From: an uncultured Lentisphaerales bacterium
GTDB taxonomy: Bacteria; Verrucomicrobiota; Lentisphaeria; JABSQK01; UBA12247
Direction: 5' to 3'
DNA: 64,000 bases
Assembly (NCBI GenBank): GCA_943788985.1
Contig: CALSSJ010000018.1
Location: 32,001 to 96,000, forward strand
Below, in pieces: positions 32,121-43,546 of the stretch. Positions within the stretch are counted from its first letter, which is position 1. Each line of letters opens with the position of its first letter. The position numbers were made by a program, and so were the translations under genes. A model generated the notes under the pieces. It saw only the letters and a list, made by a program, of their open reading frames with translations. It was not told the origin of the DNA and made no database searches.

Positions 32121-33632
32121 TCAATCAATCACAACCTGGCTGCCCCACCAGTCTTCGTTTGGCTGCCAATCCGGGTGCAGGTATGCGGCATGGCTTACCT
32201 CAAGTTTTGGCATCAACTCGTGCTTCAATTGATGTAATCTGGCTTTTTCTTTATCCGGGTCATAGGCAGAGTCGGGTACCGGAAACTTGGCATCGACTTC
32301 AATCAACCAGGCATCTAGTCGTTGGCGCAGCGTAGCAGCCAGTAGTTGGTTTTCGGCAATCACATCGTTCTGTTCGCCTGGATCTGACTCGAGGTGATAG
32401 AGTTCATCGTGCCCGTCTTCATAGTAGTGAATCAGCTTCCAGGGACCATTTCGAATAATTGAGGAAGGCTCTCCTCCCTGGTTGCCATAATGTGGGTAAT
32501 GCCAGAAGAGATCGCGGCTGGCGAGTTCCTCAACCTGTTCTCCACGTAGGAGCGACACCATGCTTTTGCCATCAATCATCTGCTCAGCTGGCACTGAAAT
32601 GCCGGCTAGTGCGGCAAATGTAGGATAGAAGTCGATCCCCGACACCGGTGTATCGCAGGTCGAGCCTGGTGAGGTGATTCCCGGAACCTTTAGGTAAAGC
32701 GGTTCGCGAATCCCCCCTTCCCACTGACGGCCCTTGCCGCCGCGAAGGGGAAGCATAGAGGAGGAGTAGGCATCGCCAGAAGAGACCCCACCGTTGTCAG
32801 AGGTGAAACAGACGATCGTACTGTCAGCCAGACCGTGTTCTTCTAACGCATCCAAGACGATGCCTACGGCATCATCCATGGCCTCAATCATGCCACCATA
32901 TACGGGGCAGTCCTGCACCTGGCGCACGGGCAGGTTGCGGTCGAAGATGAAACGAGTTTCAGGCACGCCTTGCGCCACAGCCTTTTTGCGGAACTTCTCC
33001 CAGCGCTCCTGACTCGTCTGCAGGGGTGCATGAACCGAGTAAAAGGAGAGGTAAGCCAGGAAGGGTCCGTCCCGGTGCTCGCCGATAAACGCTGCGGTTT
33101 CCTTCGCCAACCGCAAAGGAAGGTTTTCCCCGTCGTGGTCCGGCTCCAGTTTTGGATTCTTGAACGGAGCAAAATAACTATCTGGGCCGCCAGCCTTCCA
33201 ACCGCCTTTATTAATCTCAAACCCAAAATCTTCGGGATCGCGCCCCTTATCCCCGAGATGCCACTTCCCGGCAAAGAAGGTGGAGTAGCCGGAACGGCGC
33301 AACGCTTCGGCAAAGGTGACTTCGTCAGACCTGAGGCCGTGCTCATAGTCAGCGGGGAGCAGTTTGTTACCCCGACCGGTATCTCGCCAAGCCTCCCCGG
33401 ACGGTGCGCCAATGTATTCAGTGATGCCGTGCCTTGGGGGATACTTGCCGGTCAGAATGCTGGCACGTGAGGGACTGCAAACCTGACATGTCGCATAGCC
33501 CTGGGTGAAGCGCATGCCTTCATCGGCGATCCGGTCAATGTTCGGGCTTTCATGAAATGTGCTGCCGTCAGCACTGAGGTCATTCCAGCCCAGGTCGTCC
33601 GCCAAGATAAATAGGATATTGGGTTGTTTCAT
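32121..33632 (-). CDS. Sulfatase (S1), paralog of 11508..13064, with no signal peptide
   Basis: PNILFILADDLG, CSPSR, VRQVQD.PVY, SDNGGVSSGDA and WHYPHYGNQGGEP. Confidence 0.95.
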   Translation of the reverse strand: MKQPNILFILADDLGWNDLSADGSTFHESPNIDRIADEGMRFTQGYATCQVCSPSRASILTGKYPPRHGITEYIGAPSGEAWRDTGRGNKLLPADYEHGLRSDEVTFAEALRRSGYSTFFAGKWHLGDKGRDPEDFGFEINKGGWKAGGPDSYFAPFKNPKLEPDHDGENLPLRLAKETAAFIGEHRDGPFLAYLSFYSVHAPLQTSQERWEKFRKKAVAQGVPETRFIFDRNLPVRQVQDCPVYGGMIEAMDDAVGIVLDALEEHGLADSTIVCFTSDNGGVSSGDAYSSSMLPLRGGKGRQWEGGIREPLYLKVPGITSPGSTCDTPVSGIDFYPTFAALAGISVPAEQMIDGKSMVSLLRGEQVEELASRDLFWHYPHYGNQGGEPSSIIRNGPWKLIHYYEDGHDELYHLESDPGEQNDVIAENQLLAATLRQRLDAWLIEVDAKFPVPDSAYDPDKEKARLHQLKHELMPKLEVSHAAYLHPDWQPNEDWWGSQVVID

Positions 33633-34231
33633 CGCTTTTTCCTTTGCTGCAAAAAGATTCTGTCAAAATTGTCCTCAAAAATCAACTTCTACCGTCAACA
33701 TCAGCAACTCCCCAGCTGCATGCCCTTGTCTGTTGTCCTGGAACTCAGCCGAGAGTCCCACTGGTTCGGGGACCAACGCTACCAGTGACCGCGTCGTGAT
33801 ATACGATGCCAGATTCGCGGTCGAACTCGCACTGCACTTCCATAGATATCCTTCGGCGCGTTACCATTGATACGATTGACACCATTCGGCTCTGGGGTCA
33901 AGGTTGATCGCCAATTAGAAACGACGCATCGCTAGCTTACCCCCAATTACACAGATAGAGTCCATTTTTACTCGAAAGTCGATAGCCGTCCTGCCTGAGT
34001 ACCCCGATTCTTGCTCAAGAACCGTGGTGCTGAAATTATCCCACAACCAGACTTGAAATAGCCATCATTATACATTTGCCGCGTATCTAGAACTAAACGC
34101 CGTCTCGCAAAAGGCAGCCAGCCATGTACTCGCGGGGCAAGTCCATCAAGAGCAGCAAGCTGGGCACCAGTCGCTGGGTCGATACCACCAGCTAGGCGGC
34201 CCACAAGGACTACAGGGAAGTCGCCCGCGAC

Positions 34232-34830
34232 GTGGAGATGTTCTATCGCAGCATGGACTGCCTACTGAAGGCCAAGGACGCGATTGAGTCAGCGGTGTAT
34301 CAGCGCTTGCGCAATCTGCTCAGCGTCAATTTGAAGTTGACGTTCTACGATATCAGATCAACCTATTTTCATAGTGGCCTGTCCGACCAGCGCCCACGGG
34401 TACAGCCGCGATAGACGCCCAGAGTTGGAGCAGATCGTCATTGGCGTGGTCACCTCGTACGAGGGCTATCCGCCCAAACACTTTTTCTTTGACGGGAATA
34501 CCCGCTACGGCAGCACGGTTGCCGATGTGGTGCGAGAGCTTAAAAGCAAGTTCCAGATTCACGAGACGACCTTCGTCGATGATCGCGGTATGATCAGCAA
34601 GCTGAATCTCGAGCGCATTGTCGAGAAGGACTTCGATTACATTATGGGTGTCAAGCATCGGCAAGAGAAGATGGTGCCCATGCTGTTGGTGGATGGATAG
34701 CTCTTTACCGATGATGTGCGTGAATGGTGCAAGCTGAAGATTGCGGATAAACAGCTGTCGGTTCGCGACTTCTTGCGCTCGCAGAGCGCTCGCTTGTTTG
34801 GCTTGCGCGCGTAGCAGAAAGGGCCAGCAC
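34232..34830 (+). mobile_element. IS1634-family transposase remnant
   Basis: FYRSMD...FYDIRSTYF / GYSRDRRPELEQIVIG...FDGNT...FVDDRGMIS. Frameshifted and truncated. Confidence 0.8.
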
Positions 34831-35229
34831 ATTCACGAGGTGCTGATGCGGGTGCCGTTTATCGTCAAGCCCCCAGCGGGAAGCGATCGCGGCAAGCGTG
34901 AGTCCTCACTGATCAGCACGGTGGATATAGCCGCAACCAGGCTGGGGGGAGCCGAGGCCGAGATGCCAAGCGAGATGCCTTCGCAAGATCTTTCCCACTA
35001 TCTGCAAAGCGACGAACACTTGAACGACCGCGAGTTAGGCTACATGGGAGCCGGTGGGCTTCGGGCGATGCGCGATGATCGCTGGAAGTTCTGTCAATAC
35101 CAGGACCGCGCCGACGGGGAGTTATACGATTTGCACAATACCCCCTGGAAAACCACCAACCTATGGGACGAGCCGGATCAGGCGCAGAGCGTAAGGGGGA
35201 CTTTCAACGCAAGCTGGTTGACGCTCTGA
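34830..35229 (+). pseudogene. Sulfatase C-terminal fragment
   Basis: HEVLMRVPFIVK...STVDIAAT...RAMRDDRWK...GELYDL...P.KTTNL. Confidence 0.7.
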
Positions 35230-35413
35230 TTGCGTACAGCTCACGAGCTGGGACGCGTTGGAACCTGAGGGCCCCACAACTTTAGATTAGGTGATGCTGG
35301 GCTCTTCAGGTTGGCTGGAAAGTAAAAATCCACTCGAGTGGACTACTATCGATGGACGCCAACTCGAGTCGATCGTTGAGCTGGCCATCATCGACCAATC
35401 CGCAGCCCTCGGG

Positions 35414-37816
35414 CTAGCTGGGCCTGTCGTCGTTGAACTTGAGCTTGACCTCGCCGTCCTCGAGGACGAGCGTGGCTTCGAACGCGCGCCCGGCTTTGGA
35501 CTTGAAGCCCTTGAGGACGCTTGTCTTGCCGCTCTTCAGCAAGGTGGTCGCAGTCTTGGCACTGATGGTCTTGCCAGCAATCTTCTTCCAGATGGTGAAT
35601 TTGCAGCCGGCCTTCCAGGCGGAGCAGCCGAAGGCCTTGGCGCTTTGAATGATCGGCGCTCCGCAGGTAGGGCAGGGGCCAATAGACTCTGCGGACTGCG
35701 CAGCACCATTCGAGCGTTTACCAGATCGCTCTGTGCTGTCGCTGGAGGAACGTCCAGAGCGGGCACGCTGGCCACCGGGACGATTTTGGTCTGCGACGAC
35801 CATGGGAATCTCCTGCAAGACGCCAGGCCGACAGAGCGTGAGCAGTGCCGGGCCGCCTACTTCCCCAACAATCGGATCCACCAGCCGACCAAGCTGCAGG
35901 ATTTCCCGCGCCTGCTGCTGCGTGAGTGACAAGTGGCGGTGTTTCTTCCACAGCACAAAGTCGCAGCCTTGCTTCCAGTTGGCGCAGCCAAAGCCACGGG
36001 CGCCTTCGATGATTGCCCCGTCGCATTTTGGACAGTTTCCGATGCGGTCGCTGTCCACGGCGGTAGGGTTGCGGACAATCTGTGTCGTGTAGTCACGGAT
36101 CTCGCCCAGGAACGACTCCGCATTGCTGGTGCCAGCTTCGATTGCCTTGAGCTTGGCTTCCCATTCACCAGTCAGTTCCGGAGACTTCAGGCCTGGCGTC
36201 GTGATCAGCGAGATCAAATAGCGCCCGGCAGCGGTTGCGGCCAGATTCTTACTCAGCCGTTCGATGTACCCCCTTGCCAGCAGGGTTTCGATGATTTGCG
36301 CGCGTGTGGCTGGGGTGCCAAGACCTCGCTCGCGCAGGGCCTCTTTTACTTCCTCATCGGTGACGGTGCGGCCGCAGGTTTCCATGGCGGAGAGCAGGCT
36401 GCCTTCGTTGAAGGCCTTGGGGGGCTGCGTCTTGCCCTCGTGAATGAATGGCTTGTGCGGGCCTTGCTCACCAGCCTGAAATGCGACCGAGAGATCGACC
36501 TCCGCATCATCGGTTTTGGTCTTGGCCTTTGGCTTGGGGAAGAGCTCGGTCCAGCCTTGCTTGACGACGCGTACGCCTCGGGCCAAGAAGGGGATGGTTG
36601 CGCTCTCGGCAGTTACGATTGTGCGAAGTTTCTCGCAAGCAGGATAGAAGGCCGCGATGAATTGAGTCTCGATCGCCTCGTAGACCTTGCGCTCGGCATC
36701 GGATAGGTGACCGGTCTTTCCCGTAGGGATGAGCGCATGATGATCAGTGACTTTTGCATCATTGATGATGCGATGGGTGATTGACAACTGCTGCAGGTCC
36801 AGCTTAGCAATCTCATTCGGACGACGCTTTTCGAGCTTGCCCAGAATCTTGGGCAACTGCCCGCGCATATCGTTGCTCAGATAGCGCGAGTCGGTCCGCG
36901 GATAGGTGATCCATTTGGCCTCGTAGAGGGACTGGGCAATCTTCAATGTCGCCGCCGCCGACAGATGGTAGCGGCGGTTCATGTCCCGCTGGAGGCTGGT
37001 GAGATCGTAGAGTAGGGGAGGAGGGATGCGCTCCTGCTTTTCCTTGACGTCTTTCACTACCAGCGGTTTCCCAGAGACCTTTTCTAGCATCTGGATCGCG
37101 GCGTTTTGATCCGTAAAACGGGTTTCATGCTTGAAGCGTGTGTCGCGATAGTTCGTGTGTACCTCGTAGAATGGCTCGATCTTGAAATTGCGAATCTCGT
37201 CGTCGCGACCGACAATCATGGCCAATACGGGTGTTTGCACGCGGCCGACGCTCCAGAGCGCCTTATGCTGTCCGAACTGAATGGTGTAGGCGCGGGTGGC
37301 ATTGAGCCCGACTAGCCAATCAGATTCACTGCGGCAGCGGGCGGCACTGTACAGAGCATCATAACGGGACAGCGGCTGAAGGTTCGCCCAGGCAGCGCGA
37401 ATTGCAGAGTCGGTCAGGGAACTCAGCCAGAGTCGACGCGTGGGGATTCGTACGGCACCGCTGAGTTGCTGAATGTAGCGAAAGATCAGTTCGCCTTCAC
37501 GGCCGGCGTCTGTGGCGCAGATCAGCTGCTCGGCTTTTTGGATTGCCGACTTCACGATGCGAAACTGCTTCTTGCCGGCCGCGCGGTCGATGACGCGCAG
37601 CTTAAACTGATCGGGGATCATCGGCAAGCTCTCGTACTGCCACTTCTTCCAGGCCGCGTCGTACTGATGTGGCTCCTGGAGCTCGACAAGATGGCCGAGT
37701 GCCCAAGTGACACAGTAGCCGTTGCCTTCAATCATCCCATCGCGACGTTGGGTGGCCTTTAACATCCGGGCCAAGTCACGAGCCACGGACGGCTTCTCGG
37801 CAATGACCACAATCAA
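35414..37816 (-). CDS. topB: DNA topoisomerase III (type IA) with C-terminal Cys-rich repeats
   Basis: IAEKPSVA, ATDAGREGELIF, SVGRVQTP, ITYPRTDS (catalytic Tyr) and GLGTPATRA, plus two CPxC..GC..WK.GC repeats. The TTG start overlaps the upstream TGA. Confidence 0.92.
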   Translation of the reverse strand: MIVVIAEKPSVARDLARMLKATQRRDGMIEGNGYCVTWALGHLVELQEPHQYDAAWKKWQYESLPMIPDQFKLRVIDRAAGKKQFRIVKSAIQKAEQLICATDAGREGELIFRYIQQLSGAVRIPTRRLWLSSLTDSAIRAAWANLQPLSRYDALYSAARCRSESDWLVGLNATRAYTIQFGQHKALWSVGRVQTPVLAMIVGRDDEIRNFKIEPFYEVHTNYRDTRFKHETRFTDQNAAIQMLEKVSGKPLVVKDVKEKQERIPPPLLYDLTSLQRDMNRRYHLSAAATLKIAQSLYEAKWITYPRTDSRYLSNDMRGQLPKILGKLEKRRPNEIAKLDLQQLSITHRIINDAKVTDHHALIPTGKTGHLSDAERKVYEAIETQFIAAFYPACEKLRTIVTAESATIPFLARGVRVVKQGWTELFPKPKAKTKTDDAEVDLSVAFQAGEQGPHKPFIHEGKTQPPKAFNEGSLLSAMETCGRTVTDEEVKEALRERGLGTPATRAQIIETLLARGYIERLSKNLAATAAGRYLISLITTPGLKSPELTGEWEAKLKAIEAGTSNAESFLGEIRDYTTQIVRNPTAVDSDRIGNCPKCDGAIIEGARGFGCANWKQGCDFVLWKKHRHLSLTQQQAREILQLGRLVDPIVGEVGGPALLTLCRPGVLQEIPMVVADQNRPGGQRARSGRSSSDSTERSGKRSNGAAQSAESIGPCPTCGAPIIQSAKAFGCSAWKAGCKFTIWKKIAGKTISAKTATTLLKSGKTSVLKGFKSKAGRAFEATLVLEDGEVKLKFNDDRPS

Positions 37817-38748
37817 GGCGCAACCTCCCGGGGGGAGCGCGAGATAAAGAATGCGCCAATGGTTGCGGGGATGATTTGGACAATGGTGAAATGGGCCAGC
37901 GTGCCGTTGAAGGCTTCCGCTTGGGTCAGGCCAAATTGGGCAAGGAGCAGCACCGCGGTCCCTTCGCGCACGCCGATACCACCAATGCCGATCGGCAGAA
38001 TGGTACTCAACGTGATGATCGGCAGAAAGACCATGACGCGCGCCGGGCAATCCGGCGCGAAGGCCTGCAGGACTAGCAGGCCTTGGGTGAAGTAGACAAT
38101 GAATCCGCAACACGCCAGCAGGATATTGGCAGTGAGTTGCCCATGCCCCGTATGGACGATGCCATCGAGAACCCGCCCGATTTTGCTCTTAATGCCCCCG
38201 GCGGCAGCTAGCGCTTCCACCTGACCGCTAAAGCGCGGCGCGATGAAAAAGACAATCGCGCAGAAGGCGACAAAGCCGAGGCAGGCGACAATGCCTGCGG
38301 CGAGCTGCAGTGATGTTCCGACGACAAACAGGCCGATTCCGCCAAAAAGGGACAGACTGGCGAGATCGACCAGCTTCTCGAGAATCGTCTTGCCGGTCAG
38401 CTGCGCGCGCTTGTCGCTGGTGACAAACAGAGACCGGGCAGCTTCGCCGGCAGCCAGCGGCGTGACCGTGGCCAGAAACAAGCCAGCCAGGTAACTCCGA
38501 ATTGCGGTCGCTACCGGGAAGTTGGGCTCCAGAGAGCGCGCCAGCAGGGTCCAACGCGCCACTTTGATGCCGATAACGATCGGGGTTAAGGCAGCAGCAT
38601 AGGCAAGCATACGCAGGTTGCACGCTTGCAGTGCCGCGATGATCTGGCGGGGGTTAACCCACCAGACCAACAGAGCGAGCAGAAGGAGCGTCGTCGCTGC
38701 GCCAATAACGGTGCGGCGACGACGCCGGCCTAAACCGGAGTTTACCAC
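37813..38748 (-). CDS. Lysylphosphatidylglycerol synthase TM / flippase-like membrane protein (UPF0104)
   Basis: Multi-pass membrane protein with RW, TP..AGE and [13 protein letters not shown]. Confidence 0.8.
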   Translation of the reverse strand: MVNSGLGRRRRRTVIGAATTLLLLALLVWWVNPRQIIAALQACNLRMLAYAAALTPIVIGIKVARWTLLARSLEPNFPVATAIRSYLAGLFLATVTPLAAGEAARSLFVTSDKRAQLTGKTILEKLVDLASLSLFGGIGLFVVGTSLQLAAGIVACLGFVAFCAIVFFIAPRFSGQVEALAAAGGIKSKIGRVLDGIVHTGHGQLTANILLACCGFIVYFTQGLLVLQAFAPDCPARVMVFLPIITLSTILPIGIGGIGVREGTAVLLLAQFGLTQAEAFNGTLAHFTIVQIIPATIGAFFISRSPREVAP

Positions 38749-39806
38749 TCAAGAGAAGCTGCTGTCTGATACTCGGTGACGCGTGTTTCGAAGAAGTTCT
38801 TTTCCTTGCCGAGGTCGATGGCCTCACTCATCCAAGGAAAGGGGTTGTTGGTGTGGTAGCACGCGGCTAGGCCGATGCGTTCCAGACGACGGTCGGCGAT
38901 GTGCCGCACATAGTCATCGAACATGTCTGCGCTCAAGCCGAGAATGCCGTTCGGCAGGCAGGCCTTCGCGTAGGCAATCTCAAGTTCCACGGCCTCATTA
39001 ATCATCGCCAGGATTTCCTCTTGGAAGGCTAGGGTCCAGATGTCTGGATTCTCAGCCTTGATCGAGTTAATGACGTCGATCCCAAAGTTGAGATGAATGG
39101 TCTCGTCTCGCATGATGTACTGGAACTGCTCGCCGATGCCAGTCATCAGATTGCGGTTGTGCAAGGACAGGATCATGGCAAAGCCGCTGTAAAAGAAAAT
39201 ACCTTCCATAATCACGTAGAACCCGATCAGGTTCCGCACGAAATGGCGCTGGCCTTCGAGCGTTTCCGTGGAGAACCCTTCGGCCATGATGTCCTCGGTC
39301 AGGCGCATCTCGAAGTCATCTTTGGCAGCGATGCTGCTAACTTCGTGGTACATGTTGAAGACTTCGCGTGAATCGAGATTGAGGGACTCGACGATGTAGT
39401 GAAAAGTGTGTGTATGCAGGGCTTCTTCGAAGGCCTGGCGCAACAGATACTGGCGCGCTTCCGGGTTGGTAATGTGGCGAAAGATCGCGAGCACGATGTT
39501 GTTACCAACCAGGCTCTCACCAGTGCTGAAGAAGCCGAGATTGCGGATGATCACGAGCCGCTCGCCTTCACTTAGCGCGTCTGACTTCCAGAGCTCGATA
39601 TCGCGCTGCATCGGGACTTCGGTGGGCATCCAATGGTTCGCGCAGCCATTGAGGTAATGCTCCCAGGCCCAGTGGTACTTGATGGGCATGAGTTGGTTGA
39701 CATCGACGGCATTGCAGTTGACCATGCGTTTGTCGTCTGGGTTGATCTCGCGGCTGAGATCCCAAGGCTTTGCGGGGGTATCAGAGACTGTGCAGCAGGA
39801 TGACAT
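38742..39806 (-). CDS. nrdB: Ribonucleotide reductase beta subunit, class Ic (R2c) signature
   Basis: [37 protein letters not shown] and [10 protein letters not shown]. Confidence 0.95.
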   Translation of the reverse strand: MSSCCTVSDTPAKPWDLSREINPDDKRMVNCNAVDVNQLMPIKYHWAWEHYLNGCANHWMPTEVPMQRDIELWKSDALSEGERLVIIRNLGFFSTGESLVGNNIVLAIFRHITNPEARQYLLRQAFEEALHTHTFHYIVESLNLDSREVFNMYHEVSSIAAKDDFEMRLTEDIMAEGFSTETLEGQRHFVRNLIGFYVIMEGIFFYSGFAMILSLHNRNLMTGIGEQFQYIMRDETIHLNFGIDVINSIKAENPDIWTLAFQEEILAMINEAVELEIAYAKACLPNGILGLSADMFDDYVRHIADRRLERIGLAACYHTNNPFPWMSEAIDLGKEKNFFETRVTEYQTAASLEW

Positions 39807-39831
39807 GATCCGGTTCCTCGTGCGTAAGGGT

Positions 39832-40530
39832 TTAGGAGGGGAGGGAGAAAGAAATTTCAGCAAGAATAGCACGGGCGGCGTCTCCGGGCGATGCCGCATT
39901 GCGCACAGGGCGACCGACTACGATGTAGCTCGCCCCGTTTTGGAAGGCGACAGACGGGGTGACTACGCGCTTCTGGTCGTCGTCAGGACGGTTGGTCAGT
40001 GGACGAACGCCCGGCATCACAATCAACAGCTTGTTGTCGAGGTGCGCGCGCAGCCGTGGGGCTTCAAGCCCCGAAGAAACCACGCCGTCGCAGCCCAGTT
40101 CCAGCGCGCGCCGGGCGCGACTCAGCACGATGTCCTCGATATTGCAGGCAAAACCAAGGTCTTCGACATCGCCCTGATCCAGGCTGGTTAGCACGGTGAC
40201 ACCCAGAATCTTTGCGTTGCCTTTTGCCTCAGCCGCTGCGCGCAGAATCGAATCGTTGCCGTGTACCGTGACCAGGTTGACCCCACGGTCGCGTACCTGA
40301 GTCACAGCCTGGGCCACGGTTGCCGGGATGTCGAAGAACTTCAGATCCAGCATCACCTCATGGCCACGGCCGGTCAACCAATCAATGATTTCAAACCCAG
40401 CGGCCAGAAACAGCTGCAGCCCGACTTTAAAGTGCCGCACATCAGGCTCGAGTTGTTGTACGAGCGCCTTTGCATCCTCAGAAGTGGGAACGTCCAAGGC
40501 AACGATCAGTCTTTTGTCTAACGAAATCAT
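39832..40530 (-). CDS. pyrF: Orotidine-5'-phosphate decarboxylase
   Basis: [21 protein letters not shown] (DxKxxD), VTVLTS, PGVR and VVGRP. Confidence 0.95.
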   Translation of the reverse strand: MISLDKRLIVALDVPTSEDAKALVQQLEPDVRHFKVGLQLFLAAGFEIIDWLTGRGHEVMLDLKFFDIPATVAQAVTQVRDRGVNLVTVHGNDSILRAAAEAKGNAKILGVTVLTSLDQGDVEDLGFACNIEDIVLSRARRALELGCDGVVSSGLEAPRLRAHLDNKLLIVMPGVRPLTNRPDDDQKRVVTPSVAFQNGASYIVVGRPVRNAASPGDAARAILAEISFSLPS

Positions 40531-40543
40531 GACATGCAAGCCC

Positions 40544-43402
40544 TTACTGACAAGCGTCGCAGTCTGGATCCAGAATGCTACAGGCCGAAGGCTTGACTTC
40601 CACCGTTGTCTGGCGATCCACCTGAATGTTGGCCGAGGCAGACTTGCTCTTCATCCAGCGCGGCTGAATACCGTGGCGGTTCACGTCTACGGTAGACTTC
40701 TCGATCTGGGTGGCAGCCGTACTGCGCAGGTAGTAGGTCGTCTTGAGACCAGAGCGCCAGGCGCTCTGGTACATCTCGCTTAGCTTGCGCCCGCTCGGCG
40801 CGGCGATGTAAAGGTTGAGCGACTGACCCATGTCGATCCACTTCTGCCGACGACTGGCGCATTGGATGAGCCAAGAGGCATCTGTTTCAAACGCTGTCAC
40901 GTACTTGCGGCGGATGGTCGCGGGAATCCGGCCAATCTCCTTTACGCTGCCGTCGTAGTACTTGAGGTCCTCGATCATGTCCGAGTCCCAAAGTCCAAGA
41001 TCCTTGAGGTCTTGGACCAGATTGTTGTTGACTACGGTGAAGTCGCCGGAGAGGTTGCTTTTAGCAAACAGGTGACTGTACGTAGGCTCGATTGACTGGG
41101 TGACGCCGGCGATATTGGAGATCGTGGCAGTCGGCGCGATGGCCATGGTGTTGCTGTTGCGCATGCCGTGGCTCTTAATCGCTTCACGGACCACGTCCCA
41201 GTCCATCCGGGTCGTGCGATCCATGTCTAAATAGCCGCCCCGCTCGCGCTCAAGGAGAGCCACCGTATCAATCGGCAGCATACCACGGTCCCACTTCGAA
41301 CCTGGAAAGGATTCGTAGGCACCACGTTCCTCGGCCAACTTACTCGAAGCGAGAATCGCATAGTACGAAATCATCTCCATGGACTGATCGGCAAACTCCA
41401 CTGCTTCGGCGCTCGCATAGCTGATGTCAGCATGATACAGCGCATCTTGGAAGCCCATCAGGCCAAGCCCGACTGGGCGATGACGATGGTTTGCGCACTT
41501 TGCCTCTGGAGTTGGGTAGTAGTTGACATCCACTACGTTGTCTAGCATGCGCATTGCTGTCTGAATCGTTCGCGCCAGTAGTGGCTCATTCAGCCGCCCT
41601 GCAGCCATGTGAGCCGGCAGGTTGATGGAGCCGAGATTGCAGACTGCCGTTTCTTCTTTGCTGGTATTGAGCAGGATCTCGGTGCAGAGGTTTGAGCTAT
41701 GAACTACGCCCATGTGGTCCTGCGGACTCCGCACGTTGGACGGGTCCTTGAACGTAATCCAAGGGTGGCCGGTCTCGAACAGCATCGACAGCATCTTGCG
41801 CCACAGTTCTTGGGCAGGAAAGCGCTTGAACTGTTTGATGTCACCGCGGTCCGCCATTGCCTCGTACTCAATGTAGCGCCGTTCAAAATCTGCCCCGTAG
41901 AGATCGTGAAGATCCGGGGTATCACAGGGATTGAACAACGTCCACTGTGATTCGCCCAGCACGCGCTTCATGAACAAGTCTGGGATCCAGTTCGCGGTGT
42001 TCATATCTGGCGTACGCCGGCGCTCGTCGCCCGTGTTCTTGCGCAACTCGAGGAAATCCTCCATGTCGAGATGCCAAGTCTCTAGGTACGCACACATCGC
42101 GCCCTTGCGCTTTCCGCCCTGATTTACAGCCACTGCGGTATCGTTCGCCACCTTCAGGAATGGGACCACGCCCTGGCTTCGGCCATTGGTGCCGGAAATG
42201 TGACCGCCTGTGGCGCGGACATTCGTCCAATCGTTGCCAAGTCCGCCAGCCCATTTGGACAGGCGCGCATCGTCAGAAATCACTTTGAAGATATGGTCGA
42301 GATCATCCATGATCGTGGATAGATAGCAGGAACTCAGTTGCTGATGCAGCGTGCCAGCATTGAACAACGTCGGTGTCGATGAGACAAAGAGAAAGGAAGA
42401 CAGGGTATTGTAAAACTCGATGGCCCGCGCTTCACGGTCTTGCTCATTCTGCGCCAAGCCCATCGCCACACGCATCCAGAAATACTGCGGTGTTTCGATC
42501 CGGACATCGTCGATGTGGACGAGGTAGCGGTCATACAGGGTCTGCGCACCCATGTACTGAAACTTGCTGTCCCGCTCGATCCGTAGCGCCTGCGACAGGC
42601 GGTCTACGTCATACTCCAGCAGGACCGGATGATAGCGCCCAGCTTCAACGCCTTTCTCGAGCGTCGTGCGGAAGCCATTGCGGTGAACGGTCTCGGGGGC
42701 GCCGGGATCGAACTCCCCCAGAACCTCTGCGTAGACGTCCTTCAAAAGCAGTCGGGCAGCCACATATGTATAGTTGGGCTCCCGCTCAATATGGGACTTT
42801 GCCGCCAGGATCATGGCCTTGTTCAGCTCTTCCTGGGTCGCTCCATCAAAGATTACCCGGAGAGTTTCCTCGGCAAGCGCCTGTGCCGAACAGACGTTCT
42901 CTAAACCGCGGCAAGCAATCGCGATGTGACGACGCATCAGCTTGGTATCCAGAGGGATACGTTCACCATTCACCAGAATATGCAGCTGCTTTTCCGGTTC
43001 CTCTGGCGGAATATCTTCTCGCAGCTCTCTGACTTTCCTGCGATCTTCTCTGTAGAGGATGAATGAGCGTGCTGCTTCAAAATGCCGATCAATCATCAGC
43101 TGCTTCTCAGCTTCGTCCTGAACCCCTTCGACGGTCAGGTCCTCGCCAGCCAAGGCGCGGGCGACCTGCTCGGAAACCACATTGTTGCTGACGCTTCTTG
43201 CACTCCGCTGCAACTCTTCCGTAAGTGTCTCGTTTTCTCTAAGCTGAACTGAAGCTCGGAACGCCTGCTCAATTGCCCGGTGAATGCGCGCTTCCTGAAA
43301 AATTGCCCGGCGGCCGTCCCGCTTTTTGACACGAAACTCGCGGTCAACGAGGGGGTCTAGGCCGGCGAGTGGAAGTTGAACTTCAACGGACGATTTGATC
43401 AT
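40544..43402 (-). CDS. nrdA: Ribonucleotide reductase class I alpha subunit with two ATP-cone domains
   Basis: VKKRDG cone plus a second cone, [39 protein letters not shown] and a C-terminal CDACQ. Confidence 0.97.
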   Translation of the reverse strand: MIKSSVEVQLPLAGLDPLVDREFRVKKRDGRRAIFQEARIHRAIEQAFRASVQLRENETLTEELQRSARSVSNNVVSEQVARALAGEDLTVEGVQDEAEKQLMIDRHFEAARSFILYREDRRKVRELREDIPPEEPEKQLHILVNGERIPLDTKLMRRHIAIACRGLENVCSAQALAEETLRVIFDGATQEELNKAMILAAKSHIEREPNYTYVAARLLLKDVYAEVLGEFDPGAPETVHRNGFRTTLEKGVEAGRYHPVLLEYDVDRLSQALRIERDSKFQYMGAQTLYDRYLVHIDDVRIETPQYFWMRVAMGLAQNEQDREARAIEFYNTLSSFLFVSSTPTLFNAGTLHQQLSSCYLSTIMDDLDHIFKVISDDARLSKWAGGLGNDWTNVRATGGHISGTNGRSQGVVPFLKVANDTAVAVNQGGKRKGAMCAYLETWHLDMEDFLELRKNTGDERRRTPDMNTANWIPDLFMKRVLGESQWTLFNPCDTPDLHDLYGADFERRYIEYEAMADRGDIKQFKRFPAQELWRKMLSMLFETGHPWITFKDPSNVRSPQDHMGVVHSSNLCTEILLNTSKEETAVCNLGSINLPAHMAAGRLNEPLLARTIQTAMRMLDNVVDVNYYPTPEAKCANHRHRPVGLGLMGFQDALYHADISYASAEAVEFADQSMEMISYYAILASSKLAEERGAYESFPGSKWDRGMLPIDTVALLERERGGYLDMDRTTRMDWDVVREAIKSHGMRNSNTMAIAPTATISNIAGVTQSIEPTYSHLFAKSNLSGDFTVVNNNLVQDLKDLGLWDSDMIEDLKYYDGSVKEIGRIPATIRRKYVTAFETDASWLIQCASRRQKWIDMGQSLNLYIAAPSGRKLSEMYQSAWRSGLKTTYYLRSTAATQIEKSTVDVNRHGIQPRWMKSKSASANIQVDRQTTVEVKPSACSILDPDCDACQ

Positions 43403-43497
43403 AGTAATGGCTCTCCCTGCAGCAAAAGTACGAATTTATTAAGTTTAGAACGACGTGTTGATAACTTCCCTGGCTCAGCGCGCTTCTTGCAAGAGAA

Positions 43498-43546
43498 CCA
43501 CTACATCTTGTGGTCAGCCCGCGCCGCGGCCCACAATATAGCGGCG
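43498..43546. promoter_or_regulatory. Tandem NrdR boxes
   Basis: CCACTACATCTTGTGG (43498) and CCACAATATAGCGGCG (43531) are 33 bp apart and ~100 bp upstream of nrdA. Both resemble acaCwAtATaTwGtg. Confidence 0.7.

Noticed and set aside
35414..38113. 899-aa topoisomerase with a long N-terminal extension, as in the ORF track
   Set aside because: The extension overlaps the flippase-like gene in another frame. The likely start is TTG 37816 with a GGAGG RBS.
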